Positions 20,849 through 31,039 of a stretch of 64,000 nucleotides of DNA are shown piece after piece (position 1 is the stretch's first letter; the number at the start of each line of letters is the position of its first letter). The stretch is taken from positions 6,111 through 70,110 of the forward strand of contig JAQWLM010000099.1 of the NCBI GenBank assembly GCA_029247315.1, given 5' to 3'. The DNA comes from Verrucomicrobiota bacterium. Lineage in GTDB: Bacteria; Verrucomicrobiota; Verrucomicrobiia; Limisphaerales; AAA164-E04. The notes under the pieces were generated by a model, which was given only the letters and a program-made list of their open reading frames with translations, ran no database searches and was not told the DNA's origin. The translations under genes were made by a program, and so were the position numbers.

Positions 20849-22063
20849 ATGAATGATACTGACTGGAACAGGGTTCCGCGCGCCCTGTTTGTAGTGATGC
20901 TCATGCAGTTTGCTGTGGGTGGTTCGATTTTGCCGTTCATGTCCATGTGGCTTCAGGAAAACGGGCTGTCCTTTGCCTCCATTGGCACGATTTTTTCAGT
21001 AGCCTCGTCGACATTTCTGGTTTTTCCTTTCCTGTGGGGGATGATTGCAGATCGCTACGTGCCCATTCAGAAGGTTTTCACCTTTCTGAATGTCATGACG
21101 TGCCTTGCCTTGTTCTTCATGCAGACTCAAACAGGATTTGGTGGCATACTGATCAGTTTTTTGCTGTTCTATTCCTTTTACCACCCGACTTTCACCCTCA
21201 TCAACGCACTCAGTTTTCAGTATCTGGCTAATCCTCGCGAGCAATTCGGATTCCTGCGGGCTTTTGGCTCCCTTGGATGGATGATTCCTTCTGCCGTGAT
21301 CTTTGCCTGGCTGATGAAACGGAATGAATCGTCCATGCATTTTGTTTTGTATCTGGGGATGGCATTTGCATTGATTACCGCTGGGTGTACCTTGTTTCTT
21401 CCCCAAATTAAAAAGATTGAAAATGAAGCCCTGTCTCCGAATAAGCCAAACTATTGGAAAAGCGTGCGTTTGCTTTTTCACAACAGGGATTATGTGACCC
21501 TATTGGTGGCATTTTTTCTGATTTCTGGCTCATTTTCATATGTCGTATATTACGGTCCACCGTATCTCCTGGCCAACGGTGTAAGCAAAGCCTGGATTGG
21601 TCCCATCCAATGCATTGGGGTCGTGCTGGAAATTGCCATGTTGCCTTTTCTTCGTCATTATATTCGTCGATGGGGATTTGTTTCCGCGTTGCTCATTGGG
21701 TGCTTCAGCCTGGTCCTTAGACACCTGATTTACTATTACTCTACGAATCCTTGGATCCTTGCTCTGAGTTACTTACTTGCTGGTATGGTGATCGTATTCT
21801 TTCACATCGGCGTAAGCATCCTGGTGAACATGATTGCCGAAAGATCTGTGCGCGCCACTGCACAGACTCTTTTGGTCGTGTTTGGTTCAGGAATTGGCCC
21901 GATGCTTGCCAATCTGGTCGCTGGCAAACTGGCAGAGGTATATGGCAATTCACTTAGACCGGTGTTTGGTTTCGGAACCTTGTTAGCCTTGGTTGCCTTC
22001 ATACTGATCGCTTGGCGAGCTCCTCACTTGCGTAACATCCATGGCAGTGATGCATCTGCGTGA
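20849..22063 (+). CDS. MFS transporter
   Basis: About 12 predicted TM helices in a two-lobe MFS layout. It starts 6 nt after dinG. Confidence 0.75.
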   Translation: MNDTDWNRVPRALFVVMLMQFAVGGSILPFMSMWLQENGLSFASIGTIFSVASSTFLVFPFLWGMIADRYVPIQKVFTFLNVMTCLALFFMQTQTGFGGILISFLLFYSFYHPTFTLINALSFQYLANPREQFGFLRAFGSLGWMIPSAVIFAWLMKRNESSMHFVLYLGMAFALITAGCTLFLPQIKKIENEALSPNKPNYWKSVRLLFHNRDYVTLLVAFFLISGSFSYVVYYGPPYLLANGVSKAWIGPIQCIGVVLEIAMLPFLRHYIRRWGFVSALLIGCFSLVLRHLIYYYSTNPWILALSYLLAGMVIVFFHIGVSILVNMIAERSVRATAQTLLVVFGSGIGPMLANLVAGKLAEVYGNSLRPVFGFGTLLALVAFILIAWRAPHLRNIHGSDASA

Positions 22064-22266
22064 TGGTAATGAAACCGCTTTATTCGGTGGTGGTGTACTT
22101 TTTGACGTGGCGTAAACTGGAATACAAGGAGAAGAACCTGGGATTGTTTTTGATCCTTTGGCTTCCGGATCTGCCGAGATATATCCCTTATGGACGAGAG
22201 GTCCACCCTGTTCCAGAAAATGAGTTTTCTTGGTTTTACAACCTCATCAATTAGGCTGGGTGGATC

Positions 22267-24270
22267 ATGACCATCATCAGCCGTATTTTTTGCATGATCC
22301 TCAGCGTGGCGTTCCACCACCTGTTAGGTCTGGACTCCATGAGTGCTCAAGCAACACCAGGGAACGCACCACATGCGACGACTTCTGGAGAGGAACGTTT
22401 CCGTAGTGATCGAAAGGGCAGGGAGTTAACGCTGCCAAATCAGGATGCTGCCTTTAGCTTTGCCGTGATAGGTGATCGCACCGGAGGACCTTCAGATGGG
22501 ATCAAGATTCTAGCCGAGGCAGTGGATGAGATCAATCTTTTGGAACCGGACCTTGTCATGACTGTTGGAGACATGGTTCAAGGGTATAATCAGCAGGTGG
22601 AGTGGTTAATCCAGATGCGTGAATTCAGAGGGATTATGGACGGTTTGCTCATGCCCTGGTTTCCTGTTGCTGGGAATCACGATATTTACTGGCGTGGTGA
22701 TGGTAAACCTCCAGGTGAACACGAATCCAATTATGAACAGCATTTTGCCCCCCTCTGGTATGCATTTGATCACAAGGGTGCCTTGTTCGTTGTGCTATAC
22801 TCCGATGAAGGCAACCCAGCGACAGGAGAGAAAGCAAATCAACCAGCATCCCAAAGGATGAGTCAACGCCAGTTGCACTGGTTGAGGGCAACTTTAGCCA
22901 AAGCAAGCGATGCTCACCACGTATTCGTTTTTCTACACCATCCAAGGTGGATTGGTGGACGATACGGAGATGATTGGGAAAAGGTGCATGGCGAGCTGGT
23001 CAGGGCAGGTAATGTCAAAGCAGTTTTTGCAGGTCATATTCATCGCATGCGATACGATGGCCCTCGCGACGGTATTGAATATGTAACCTTGGCAACGACG
23101 GGGGGGGCACAGAGTGGTATTGCCCCGGAGGCAGGAAACCTGCATCACTTCCATCTGGTAACGGTTCGGCAACAGCAGATTGCCATTGCATCTTTACCCG
23201 TAGGGCAGACCATGAATGTTCGAGAGGTAACAGGAAGGGTGAGTGATGGGGTGCGTGCACTGAAAGGGTTGCAGCCCAATTTTAGTAGACGTTTCCTGGT
23301 GAATGAGGATGGAGGGGTAGATGCTTTCTTGAGCCTGACGCTTCACAATCCTACCGACTATTCTACTCGTGCTAAATTGCGCTTCAGCAGCGAAGACTCG
23401 AGATGGATTTTTTCACCAATGCGTCTGAACAGAGTGCTTCACCCAAAGACTTCGGTGGATGTTTTGTTTAAGGTTTTTCGATGGCAGGATTCCTTGGATT
23501 TATCGTGGCGTAATCCACGCTGTGAACTGCAACTAGATTTTATGGATGAAGGTGGCAAGGTTTATCCGCTCAAGCCTGTCCAATACACCATACCCTATCA
23601 GATCGAACTTCCCACGCCATCCGTTCCAAATCTTGAATCCGTAGTTGAATTGAGCGGGGCAGGGGACTACCTGGTTGTCAACGGTGACCAGCTGAGGCTT
23701 GATGATGCTTCTATGACCGTGGAGTGCTGGCTTAAGCCTCCTTATCTCAAGGAAAATCAATCCCTCGTCTCCAATCTTGATTCCAAGGCGGGTTTTCTAC
23801 TCGGTATTCTTAAGGGTCGCCCTTTTTTGGATCTTTTCCTCAAAAACGGTGAAATTCTAAAACTGATTGCACCGGAGAATCGTTCAGTGAAGCTTCGCCA
23901 GTGGCAGCATGTTGCCGGAGTTGTCGTCGATGACCACGCTTTTCTATACCTTGATGGGGTTCGAGTGGCCGAGCAAACCCTTCCCCAGGGTATGTATCAG
24001 GGTATTGGACCCGTTCATGTGGGGGCAAAGGGCAGCACAGCAAAGGTGAAACATTCTTTTTTTGCTGGCAGAATGGATGGCGTTCGTCTTTCAAACGTGG
24101 CTCGTTACCGCGCCCCGTATTTTACCCCAAGGAGGCGTCATCTTCCAGACGCTCAAACACAGTTGCTCTTAAACATGGATGACATCCAACTCCTGTGGAT
24201 TTATGATGAATCAGACAACAGGGCACATGCTAAAGTGGTAGGTGGCACCACCGTGAGGGCAGATCTATGA
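22267..24270 (+). CDS. Secreted calcineurin-like metallophosphoesterase fused to a C-terminal LamG/concanavalin-like domain
   Basis: Signal peptide. Metallophosphoesterase motifs GDRTGG, GDMVQG, GNHD, HHP and GHIH. C-terminal MTVECWLKP...FAGRMDGVRLSN is typical of the LamG jelly-roll. Confidence 0.8.
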   Translation: MTIISRIFCMILSVAFHHLLGLDSMSAQATPGNAPHATTSGEERFRSDRKGRELTLPNQDAAFSFAVIGDRTGGPSDGIKILAEAVDEINLLEPDLVMTVGDMVQGYNQQVEWLIQMREFRGIMDGLLMPWFPVAGNHDIYWRGDGKPPGEHESNYEQHFAPLWYAFDHKGALFVVLYSDEGNPATGEKANQPASQRMSQRQLHWLRATLAKASDAHHVFVFLHHPRWIGGRYGDDWEKVHGELVRAGNVKAVFAGHIHRMRYDGPRDGIEYVTLATTGGAQSGIAPEAGNLHHFHLVTVRQQQIAIASLPVGQTMNVREVTGRVSDGVRALKGLQPNFSRRFLVNEDGGVDAFLSLTLHNPTDYSTRAKLRFSSEDSRWIFSPMRLNRVLHPKTSVDVLFKVFRWQDSLDLSWRNPRCELQLDFMDEGGKVYPLKPVQYTIPYQIELPTPSVPNLESVVELSGAGDYLVVNGDQLRLDDASMTVECWLKPPYLKENQSLVSNLDSKAGFLLGILKGRPFLDLFLKNGEILKLIAPENRSVKLRQWQHVAGVVVDDHAFLYLDGVRVAEQTLPQGMYQGIGPVHVGAKGSTAKVKHSFFAGRMDGVRLSNVARYRAPYFTPRRRHLPDAQTQLLLNMDDIQLLWIYDESDNRAHAKVVGGTTVRADL

Positions 24271-24415
24271 AAGATAACGTGTTAAAATATGATTCCAACA
24301 CCAATGGATCATAGATGTTTTCCTACTCCCCATGGCCCCACGTCGCACGGCATGGGAGTTCTCAGTGGTAGATGGAACCTTTACCGGTATTTTCATGGAT
24401 ATGGCAAAGTCGAGA

Positions 24416-24660
24416 TCACGTATCCTGCGGAGGGAAGTCTAATGCACTGCATCGGATGCCCAGTAAGCAAGGTGTGGCGCCGCTGATTGCCGAATCTACT
24501 TGAGAGCCAATCTTTCCATTGATCTTGTAAGGTGACCATTCAACGCTTCTCCAGCATGGTCGCCCTATTGACATTTCACGGATCACCGGAATAAACGCGG
24601 AACTTTGATCTGAATAGACCATTCCTCGACTCACCATGGTATGGTATATCTGGCCTTCAA
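24416..24660 (-). pseudogene. Possible degraded rve-type integrase/transposase fragment
   Basis: The minus-strand translation ...GMVYSDQSSAFIPVIREMSIGRPCWRSVEWSPYKINGKIGSQ resembles the DDE-integrase segment hSD(N/Q)GSxF...P(Y)xPxTNGKxER. The catalytic Glu position reads Gly. Stops interrupt the frame on both sides. Weak similarity, judged by eye only. Confidence 0.3.
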
Positions 24661-25232
24661 ATGCTCAAAAGGCTTGTCTTTAGTATGGCAGTTCACAGGT
24701 ATCCCTGCGAGTTTTTGAAAGTTGACCTTGTTGATTTACTGGTTTTCATGCGCGTCCTTAACTTCTTTGAGTGGCTTGATTGTGGCTGGAGTATTTACTT
24801 AAACTACTATCCAAAGCCTCACGGGTATTTGATTATTGCGAGACTTGGCATGGTTGTGGCCATAAATTTCAGCTGCGCATCCCTCGTTTATGGAGTATTT
24901 CTCCTCCTGCTTCAGGTATCGTGAGTGCAACTGTCATAATCAGCAGGATTTATGGTGTTTAAGGAAGAAACCCAACATACCTTCTTCTACATTGTGCCGG
25001 GCAATCATTTACTGATGCCGGTAATTGGTTTAAGGCTTTTTCATTGGGTGCTTATCGAATCTGATCTGTCGATCAGGAAACCATTCTGCCCACTTAAAAT
25101 ACTGGGTAATCCTAACCCAGTATAGATATTTGGCGATTTCATGAGTAGTCCGCACTTGATGCCAACGCTCCATTTGGCTATTGTACCGATTCACCCCTTG
25201 CTTGGGTTTGAGTTTTTTACCTTATTTTTTTT

Positions 25233-26483
25233 ATGCCAGAAGAATCCTATATACAGAACCTTTTTGCCGAACGAATAGGCGGTAACAGTTATGGCAAGAC
25301 CACGGCTATCTACAAATTTGAAAAAATTAAGCGTGCCAAAAATGCTGTTCTGGAGCTCAATCCGGATGCCCAGATAATTGACATGGGCGTTGGGGAGCCC
25401 GATGAAATGGCTTTCCCAGAGGTGGTCTCCGTTTTGCATGATGCAGCAAGAAAGCCGTCTAACCGTGGCTATGCCGACAATGGGGATGCGCTCATGAAAA
25501 AAGCTGCTTCGCGCTATCTGGAAAAGGTTTGCGGCGTCGCTGGAATACATCCTGATACCGAGGTGCTGCACTCCATTGGCAGCAAGGCTGCCCTGTCCAT
25601 TTTACCTGCTGCGTTTGTTGACCCCGGTGACTATGTCCTGATGACCACTCCAGGTTATCCAGTTTTTGCGACCCATGCACGGTATTACGGAGGACAGATA
25701 CATAACCTGCCCATCACAAGGGAAAATCATTTTTTGCCAGATTTTGGAAGGGTTCCTGCGGATGTTCTCAAAAAAACTAAAGTCCTGGTGATCAACTACC
25801 CCAATAATCCTACCGGGGCTAGTGCGACCCGTGCCTTTTTTTCCGAAGTTGTCGCATGGGCAAAGAAACACAATATCATTGTGGTGCATGATGCTGCATA
25901 TGCCGCCTTGGTATTTGATGGAGCTCCCCTGAGTTTTCTTTCGATTCCAGGGGCAAAGGATGTGGGGGTCGAACTGCATTCTACGAGCAAGGCGTTCAAT
26001 ATGACCGGGTGGCGCTGTGGTTTTGTTGCAGGAAATGAGTTGCTCGTCAAGGCCTATGGTGACGTCAAGGACAATACCGATTCGGGTCAGTTCCTGGCTA
26101 TCCAACATGCTGCGGCATATTGCTGGGATCATCCCGAAATCACAGAATCGATTGCCAAAAAATACAGCCGCCGAATGGATGGCTTGGTCGAGGTTTTAAG
26201 AGATTCCGGTCTAGATGCCAACAAGCCCAAGGGCTCTTTTTTCTTATACCTTCCGAGTCCAAAGTCGGTGGTTAATGCAAACGGTGAACGCACCCATTTT
26301 GATCATGCCGAGGCGGCCTCGCAGTGGTTGATCCGTGAAAAGCTTATCTCCACTGTTCCGTGGGATGATGCGGGTGCCTTTCTGCGATTCAGTGTGACTT
26401 TTGCAGCGGCTTCCATCGAAGAGGAAACGAGCGTTCTGGGCGAAATCCGCGCACGATTAAGTGATGTGAGTTTTGAATTCTGA
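25233..26483 (+). CDS. Class I/II PLP-dependent aminotransferase (LL-diaminopimelate aminotransferase-like)
   Basis: N-terminal FAERIGG..YG...IYKFEKIKRAK and GVGEPD motifs. PLP-lysine motif STSKAFNMTGWRCG. The specific substrate is not established. Confidence 0.8.
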   Translation: MPEESYIQNLFAERIGGNSYGKTTAIYKFEKIKRAKNAVLELNPDAQIIDMGVGEPDEMAFPEVVSVLHDAARKPSNRGYADNGDALMKKAASRYLEKVCGVAGIHPDTEVLHSIGSKAALSILPAAFVDPGDYVLMTTPGYPVFATHARYYGGQIHNLPITRENHFLPDFGRVPADVLKKTKVLVINYPNNPTGASATRAFFSEVVAWAKKHNIIVVHDAAYAALVFDGAPLSFLSIPGAKDVGVELHSTSKAFNMTGWRCGFVAGNELLVKAYGDVKDNTDSGQFLAIQHAAAYCWDHPEITESIAKKYSRRMDGLVEVLRDSGLDANKPKGSFFLYLPSPKSVVNANGERTHFDHAEAASQWLIREKLISTVPWDDAGAFLRFSVTFAAASIEEETSVLGEIRARLSDVSFEF

Positions 26484-26606
26484 TTGCCACGGGATTTCCT
26501 TCTGTTTGGCATCGATGGGGAAGCCTCACTGCTGGGCCTTTCCCACGCTTGACTTTTCCTTCAGTCGGAAAATCACCCTGCTGTTACGAACCTCTACCGT
26601 GTTTAT

Positions 26607-27935
26607 TCAGGCTGGGTGATCATGGCATGCAGCTTTCAATGCCAGACCCAACCGTTCGATACCTTGCTGGATGTCCTCAATCGAGGCATTGCCAAAACTG
26701 ATACGCATTCCATTGTCTGGTTTGTTTATACCAAGATCATCAGCATAGGCGAAGCTCCCAGGGACATAGAGTACGCGCTCGGAAAGGGCCTTTTTGAATA
26801 AGTTGCTTTCCGGACCTGTGGGTACATCCACAGGAGCTGTAGCCCAGACGTATAATCCTCCTGAAGGGGTGCTCCAGTGGACACAGGAAGGAAAATGGTT
26901 TCGTATGCTTTCACACATACAGTGTGCTTTGGATTGGTAAGTTTTTTGAAGGTTTTGTAAGTGAATTTGATACAGACCTGATTGCATGGCTTCCTCAATG
27001 ATAGCCTGTAGCAGGTGGGAGGTTCCAAAATCATGATTACCCTTGATCCTCATCATTACCGTTCGCAGTGGTTCGGGTACTATACCAAAACCAACACGAA
27101 TTCCGGTTGAAAATGGTTTACTGTAGGTGCCTGAATAAATGACCCGGTTCTTTCCATGAGGCATGGGTAGCATGGAACCTTCTTGAGGCCCTTTCGGGAA
27201 CTTGAGTTCACGGTAGGCTGCATCCTCCAAAATGTAAATGGGATGCCCCGCTTTCTTTTCATAGGATTGAATCAATTGCAGCACACGTTCCTTTTTTTTG
27301 CTTGAAGTCGTTATGCCTGTTGGGTTCTGAAAATAAGAAACCATGAACAGCAATTTAACCCGGTGCAATTGCCCTGACTGGTGTAATTTCTGCAGTGTCT
27401 TTTCTAGATGATTCAAATTAATCCCGTCCGTATCCATCGGAATGCTTCGGGTCGTTACCCCGAAACTTTGCATAATGCCCAGATACGCGAAGTAGGTAGG
27501 GGCCTCCACTAATGCTATGTCTCCTTCATCAAAGAGGGCCTCACTGAGGAGATATAGGAACTGTTGGCTTCCGTGTGTGATCATGGCACGGTCTGGGCAA
27601 TAACTCGGGTGAGATGCATCTTGTGCATCAAGCAAGGCAATGCGCGCTGTCGTGATTGCTCTTAGAGGTTCTCGACCGGCACCCACGCCATACTGGAGTA
27701 TCTCCATGGTGTGTTGTTTTGACTCTGTGATACGTTTGAAAATGGTTCTTACTTCCTTGACCGGGAGTGAGGGCCCATCGGTGAAACCTGCTGCCAGTGA
27801 AATCAGGTCCTGGTATTTTAATTTCTTCTCCATTAACCAGGCAATGGGGGGAGCTTTAATGCGTCGTCCGAGCCTGGAAAAGTGCTTGGTTTCGCAATTC
27901 TTTGCTTGATCACCGTTTCCCATAGGCATGTGCAT
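26607..27935 (-). CDS. PLP-dependent aminotransferase (ARO8/LysN/MocR-catalytic-domain-like, no HTH)
   Basis: LISLAAGFTDGPSLPV, NPTG, and the Lys motif YSGTYSKPFSTGIRVGF. Confidence 0.7.
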   Translation of the reverse strand: MHMPMGNGDQAKNCETKHFSRLGRRIKAPPIAWLMEKKLKYQDLISLAAGFTDGPSLPVKEVRTIFKRITESKQHTMEILQYGVGAGREPLRAITTARIALLDAQDASHPSYCPDRAMITHGSQQFLYLLSEALFDEGDIALVEAPTYFAYLGIMQSFGVTTRSIPMDTDGINLNHLEKTLQKLHQSGQLHRVKLLFMVSYFQNPTGITTSSKKKERVLQLIQSYEKKAGHPIYILEDAAYRELKFPKGPQEGSMLPMPHGKNRVIYSGTYSKPFSTGIRVGFGIVPEPLRTVMMRIKGNHDFGTSHLLQAIIEEAMQSGLYQIHLQNLQKTYQSKAHCMCESIRNHFPSCVHWSTPSGGLYVWATAPVDVPTGPESNLFKKALSERVLYVPGSFAYADDLGINKPDNGMRISFGNASIEDIQQGIERLGLALKAACHDHPA

Positions 27936-27994
27936 ACGGGAGGACGGGAAGCCAGTCCAGTCTATTAGTCAAACAAGGGGGAAGGGGAGTGGAC

Positions 27995-28867
27995 CTAGTG
28001 CTTTTGTTGTATTGCAGCCTCCATGTCATCCATGAATTCCCTTACTCCCTTCAGGAGAGAAGGCAATCGACTCCACTCGGACTCATTGTGTCCGCCCGTG
28101 ACTGGTTTCAACCACTTGCTTCCTGTTGCGGCTGAAAAATTTTTCACGGCGTGTCGGTAGTCAATCAGTGAGTCATCGTGACTATGGAGGATCAAGACAG
28201 GTAATCGGATATGGGGTAGCTTTGTGATGGTTTCATAGCGGATGGAGCACAGGGCTCGAACGGGCAAGGCTGGAAAACGTTCCAGACCAACATCCAGAAT
28301 ACTGGTAAAGGTGGAATGAAGGATCAGTCCTGCCACCTGGTTATCCTGTGCTACTTCTGCTGCCACACCACCTCCCAGTGATTTTCCCAAGAGTAAAATC
28401 CTGTTTTTCGGGTATCCATTTGCGAGAGCCCAGTCGACCATGGTACGGAGATCCTGATAACTTCCCTGTTCCGAGGGTTTGCCTTGGCTTTTTCCGTATC
28501 CTTGATAGTCGTAGGCCAGAATGTTGAAACCCAAATGCAACCATGTTCGATAAAAATCCTGTCGATGCGAGATGTTCCCTTGGTTGCCATGAGAAAAAAT
28601 AATCAACCATTCAGCATAACTAGCCTTTTCCAGAGAGGGGATCCACCAGGCAGTAATCGGATGTCTGCCACCTGAGAGGAGCTGCAATTCGCGGGCATCT
28701 TGATGAGCGTCCGTGGCAACGGAAACCATGGAAACGGAAGGTTGGAACACCTGAACATACTCAAACCACCTGAGTAACAGGAAGAGTAAGAAAAGAGCCG
28801 CGATAGAGATGCTCAAGCAGATTGCCAATGCTTTTCTGAAGATTTGTAGAGTGGGGGTCGGTAGCAT
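27995..28867 (-). CDS. Membrane-anchored alpha/beta hydrolase
   Basis: N-terminal TM helix, oxyanion region FSHGNQGN, and nucleophile elbow GKSLGGG. A later Asp and His are consistent with a Ser-Asp-His triad. Confidence 0.75.
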   Translation of the reverse strand: MLPTPTLQIFRKALAICLSISIAALFLLFLLLRWFEYVQVFQPSVSMVSVATDAHQDARELQLLSGGRHPITAWWIPSLEKASYAEWLIIFSHGNQGNISHRQDFYRTWLHLGFNILAYDYQGYGKSQGKPSEQGSYQDLRTMVDWALANGYPKNRILLLGKSLGGGVAAEVAQDNQVAGLILHSTFTSILDVGLERFPALPVRALCSIRYETITKLPHIRLPVLILHSHDDSLIDYRHAVKNFSAATGSKWLKPVTGGHNESEWSRLPSLLKGVREFMDDMEAAIQQKH

Positions 28868-28922
28868 TGAAGAAAGCTGAACATAGCAGGTGATGGTCTG
28901 CTCAAGGCGTGGTTTTGATACC

Positions 28923-30038
28923 TCAGATAGCCAATAGTTTTTTCAGGGCCTCCAAAAACTGGTCCACATGTTCGGGCCGAGAGGAGTCACCCATCAGTCC
29001 AACACGCCATATTTTTCCTTTCATGGGACCCAATCCTGCCCCGATTTCAATTCCGTGATCCTCGAGAAGGCATTTGCGTATGGCGCTTTCCTCGACATGC
29101 TCAGGCACAGTGATGGCGTTGAGTTGCCATAATTGATGACCGAGTTGTGAGGCAATGCTCAAATCAAGCTTGTTCAGGCCACTTACCAGTCGCTCATGGT
29201 TTTCACGATGGCGTTTCCATCTCGTTTCCAGTCCTTCTTCCAATACCAATCTCAGGGCTTCGTGCAGGGCATAAATCATCGAAATGGGTGCCGTGTGATG
29301 ATACACCCGTTCGTCGCCCCAATAGCCAGCAAGCAGATTGACATCCAAATACCAGCTTTGCGTCTTGGTGCTGCGGCTCGTGGCGATCTTGAGTGCGCGT
29401 GCATTTAATGACACAGGGGCAAGACCGGGAGGGCAACTGAGACATTTTTGGGTGCCACTGTAGACGGCATCAATATCCCAGCCATCCACATCCACCTCGC
29501 AACCTCCAAGGGAAGTGACCGTGTCCAATACCATCAATGCCCCAGCATCGTGGGCGATTTGTGAGATTTCAGGAACAGGTGTAAGTGCTCCTGTGGAGGT
29601 TTCAGCATGGACAAGTGCCACTAGTTTAGGTTTTTTTTCCTTGATTGCAGTCCGAACTTTTTCAGGAGGAATGATCTCTCCCCAGGGAGCTTCGACCCTG
29701 ATCACTTTTCCTCCGCAGCGCTCGGCTAGTTCCGCCATGCGCATTCCAAAAACTCCGTTAATGCAAACGACGACATCATCCCCGGGTTCGATAAGGTTTA
29801 CAAAGCAGAATTCCATGCCGGCACTACCCGTGCCACTGATGGGAAAGGTCATTTCATTGTTTGTTTTGAATACCTTTCGAAGCATGCCCTTGATTTGCTC
29901 CATCATAGAAATAAATGCGGGATCAAGATGTCCAAGCAGTGGTTTGCCCATGGCTGCAAGAACACTTGACGCTGCGTTACTGGGTCCAGGCCCGAGTAAA
30001 AGACGCGGTGGTGGAGAGAATGGTGTAACGGTTTGCAT
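28923..30038 (-). CDS. Class V aminotransferase (alanine-glyoxylate / serine-pyruvate aminotransferase family)
   Basis: LLGPGPSN N-terminus, PLP-Lys motif SGTQKCL, and length and layout typical of the AGXT family. Confidence 0.8.
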   Translation of the reverse strand: MQTVTPFSPPPRLLLGPGPSNAASSVLAAMGKPLLGHLDPAFISMMEQIKGMLRKVFKTNNEMTFPISGTGSAGMEFCFVNLIEPGDDVVVCINGVFGMRMAELAERCGGKVIRVEAPWGEIIPPEKVRTAIKEKKPKLVALVHAETSTGALTPVPEISQIAHDAGALMVLDTVTSLGGCEVDVDGWDIDAVYSGTQKCLSCPPGLAPVSLNARALKIATSRSTKTQSWYLDVNLLAGYWGDERVYHHTAPISMIYALHEALRLVLEEGLETRWKRHRENHERLVSGLNKLDLSIASQLGHQLWQLNAITVPEHVEESAIRKCLLEDHGIEIGAGLGPMKGKIWRVGLMGDSSRPEHVDQFLEALKKLLAI

Positions 30039-30219
30039 ATGGATTTTCTACGTTGAAATACCCCGGTTGGCAATGGTGTAAAAAAAAATGCAAAGTTCCT
30101 TGATGCAATAAGCAACATCTGTTTTCTTTTCAACGTTTGCGGGAAGGTAAGGAACTTTGAGGGTGGATGAACCGGTGTTCCCACAAGCTCGCAGAGCTTC
30201 ATGAGATACTGTTGGAATT

Positions 30220-30525
30220 ATGAGAGAGCAAACGTCAGACATGCATCGATATTCGGCCAAACGAACCATCGTAACGGTAAACTTTAGCCATTGGGCCCCC
30301 AAAGCCAAGAGTGTGGTTCTGACTGGGGATTTCAATCAGTGGAACCATTCTGAGCATCTCATGAAACGGATGCCTGATGGTGCCTGGCATCTTCAGTTGC
30401 CCATGCACTCGGGACATCATAAATACCTCTTCCTCGTTGATGGGACTCCCCATCTGGATCCAAGTGCCAATGGCGTCACCCGTGATGAAAAAAATATGCG
30501 GGTGTCGCTCCTGATTGTCAGTTGA
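30220..30525 (+). CDS. Stand-alone CBM48-like (glycogen/starch-binding, isoamylase N-terminal type) domain protein
   Basis: VTVNFSHWAPKAKSVVLTGDFNQWN...MPDGAWHLQLPMHSGHHKYLFLVDG matches the AMPK-beta/E_set CBM48 pattern. Only 101 aa, with no catalytic domain. Confidence 0.6.
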   Translation: MREQTSDMHRYSAKRTIVTVNFSHWAPKAKSVVLTGDFNQWNHSEHLMKRMPDGAWHLQLPMHSGHHKYLFLVDGTPHLDPSANGVTRDEKNMRVSLLIVS

Positions 30526-30562
30526 ACGGCCAATCGTTCAACATGGAACTGAATGCTTAAAC

Positions 30563-31039
30563 TCAGTTATCCCTTTTTGATGCTCTTTTTTGGGCGAAGA
30601 AGGTTTTAAGGAGGGTTTGGGATTCCGGTCCGCGTATGCCTCCTGTGATTTCGCAATGATGGTTCAATGTGGGACATTGAAGGATATTCATGACCGAGCC
30701 TGCCGCACCCCCTTTTGGATCTTCAAGGGCGTAAATAACCCGTTCAACCCGGCTTTGCACAATGGCCCCGGCACACATGGGACAGGGTTCTTTCGTGACG
30801 TAAAGTGAGCACCCGGTGAGCCGCCAATCATTAAAGTCACTTTGCGCCTGCGTCAGCGCCAGCATCTCTGCATGTGCTGTGGCGTCCTTGAGTAACTCCA
30901 CCTGATTAAACGCTCGAGCGATGATGCGTCCTTCGCGGACAATAACTGCCCCGACAGGCACTTCATCCGATGCAAAGGCTCGTCTTGCCTGTCGCAGAGC
31001 TTCAGCCATGAAATGATCGTCACTGTGCATGTCAATCAT
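30563..31039 (-). CDS. tadA: tRNA adenosine(34) deaminase
   Basis: CDA zinc motifs HAEMLAL and PCPMCAGA. Its start overlaps the NUDIX gene stop by 4 nt. Confidence 0.9.
   Translation of the reverse strand: MIDMHSDDHFMAEALRQARRAFASDEVPVGAVIVREGRIIARAFNQVELLKDATAHAEMLALTQAQSDFNDWRLTGCSLYVTKEPCPMCAGAIVQSRVERVIYALEDPKGGAAGSVMNILQCPTLNHHCEITGGIRGPESQTLLKTFFAQKRASKRDN

Noticed and set aside
22060-22254. 64-aa ORF between the MFS transporter and the metallophosphoesterase gene
   Set aside because: It has one weak hydrophobic stretch and no motif, and it overlaps the MFS stop. There is insufficient evidence for coding.
25191-26132. Minus-strand ORFs (126 aa and 176 aa) overlapping the DapL-like aminotransferase
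   Set aside because: The plus-strand gene has clear class I/II aminotransferase motifs. The minus-strand ORFs have none.
29515-30081. 188-aa ORF antisense to the class V aminotransferase
   Set aside because: The sense strand carries the PLP-lysine motif and full-length family similarity. The antisense product is low-complexity.
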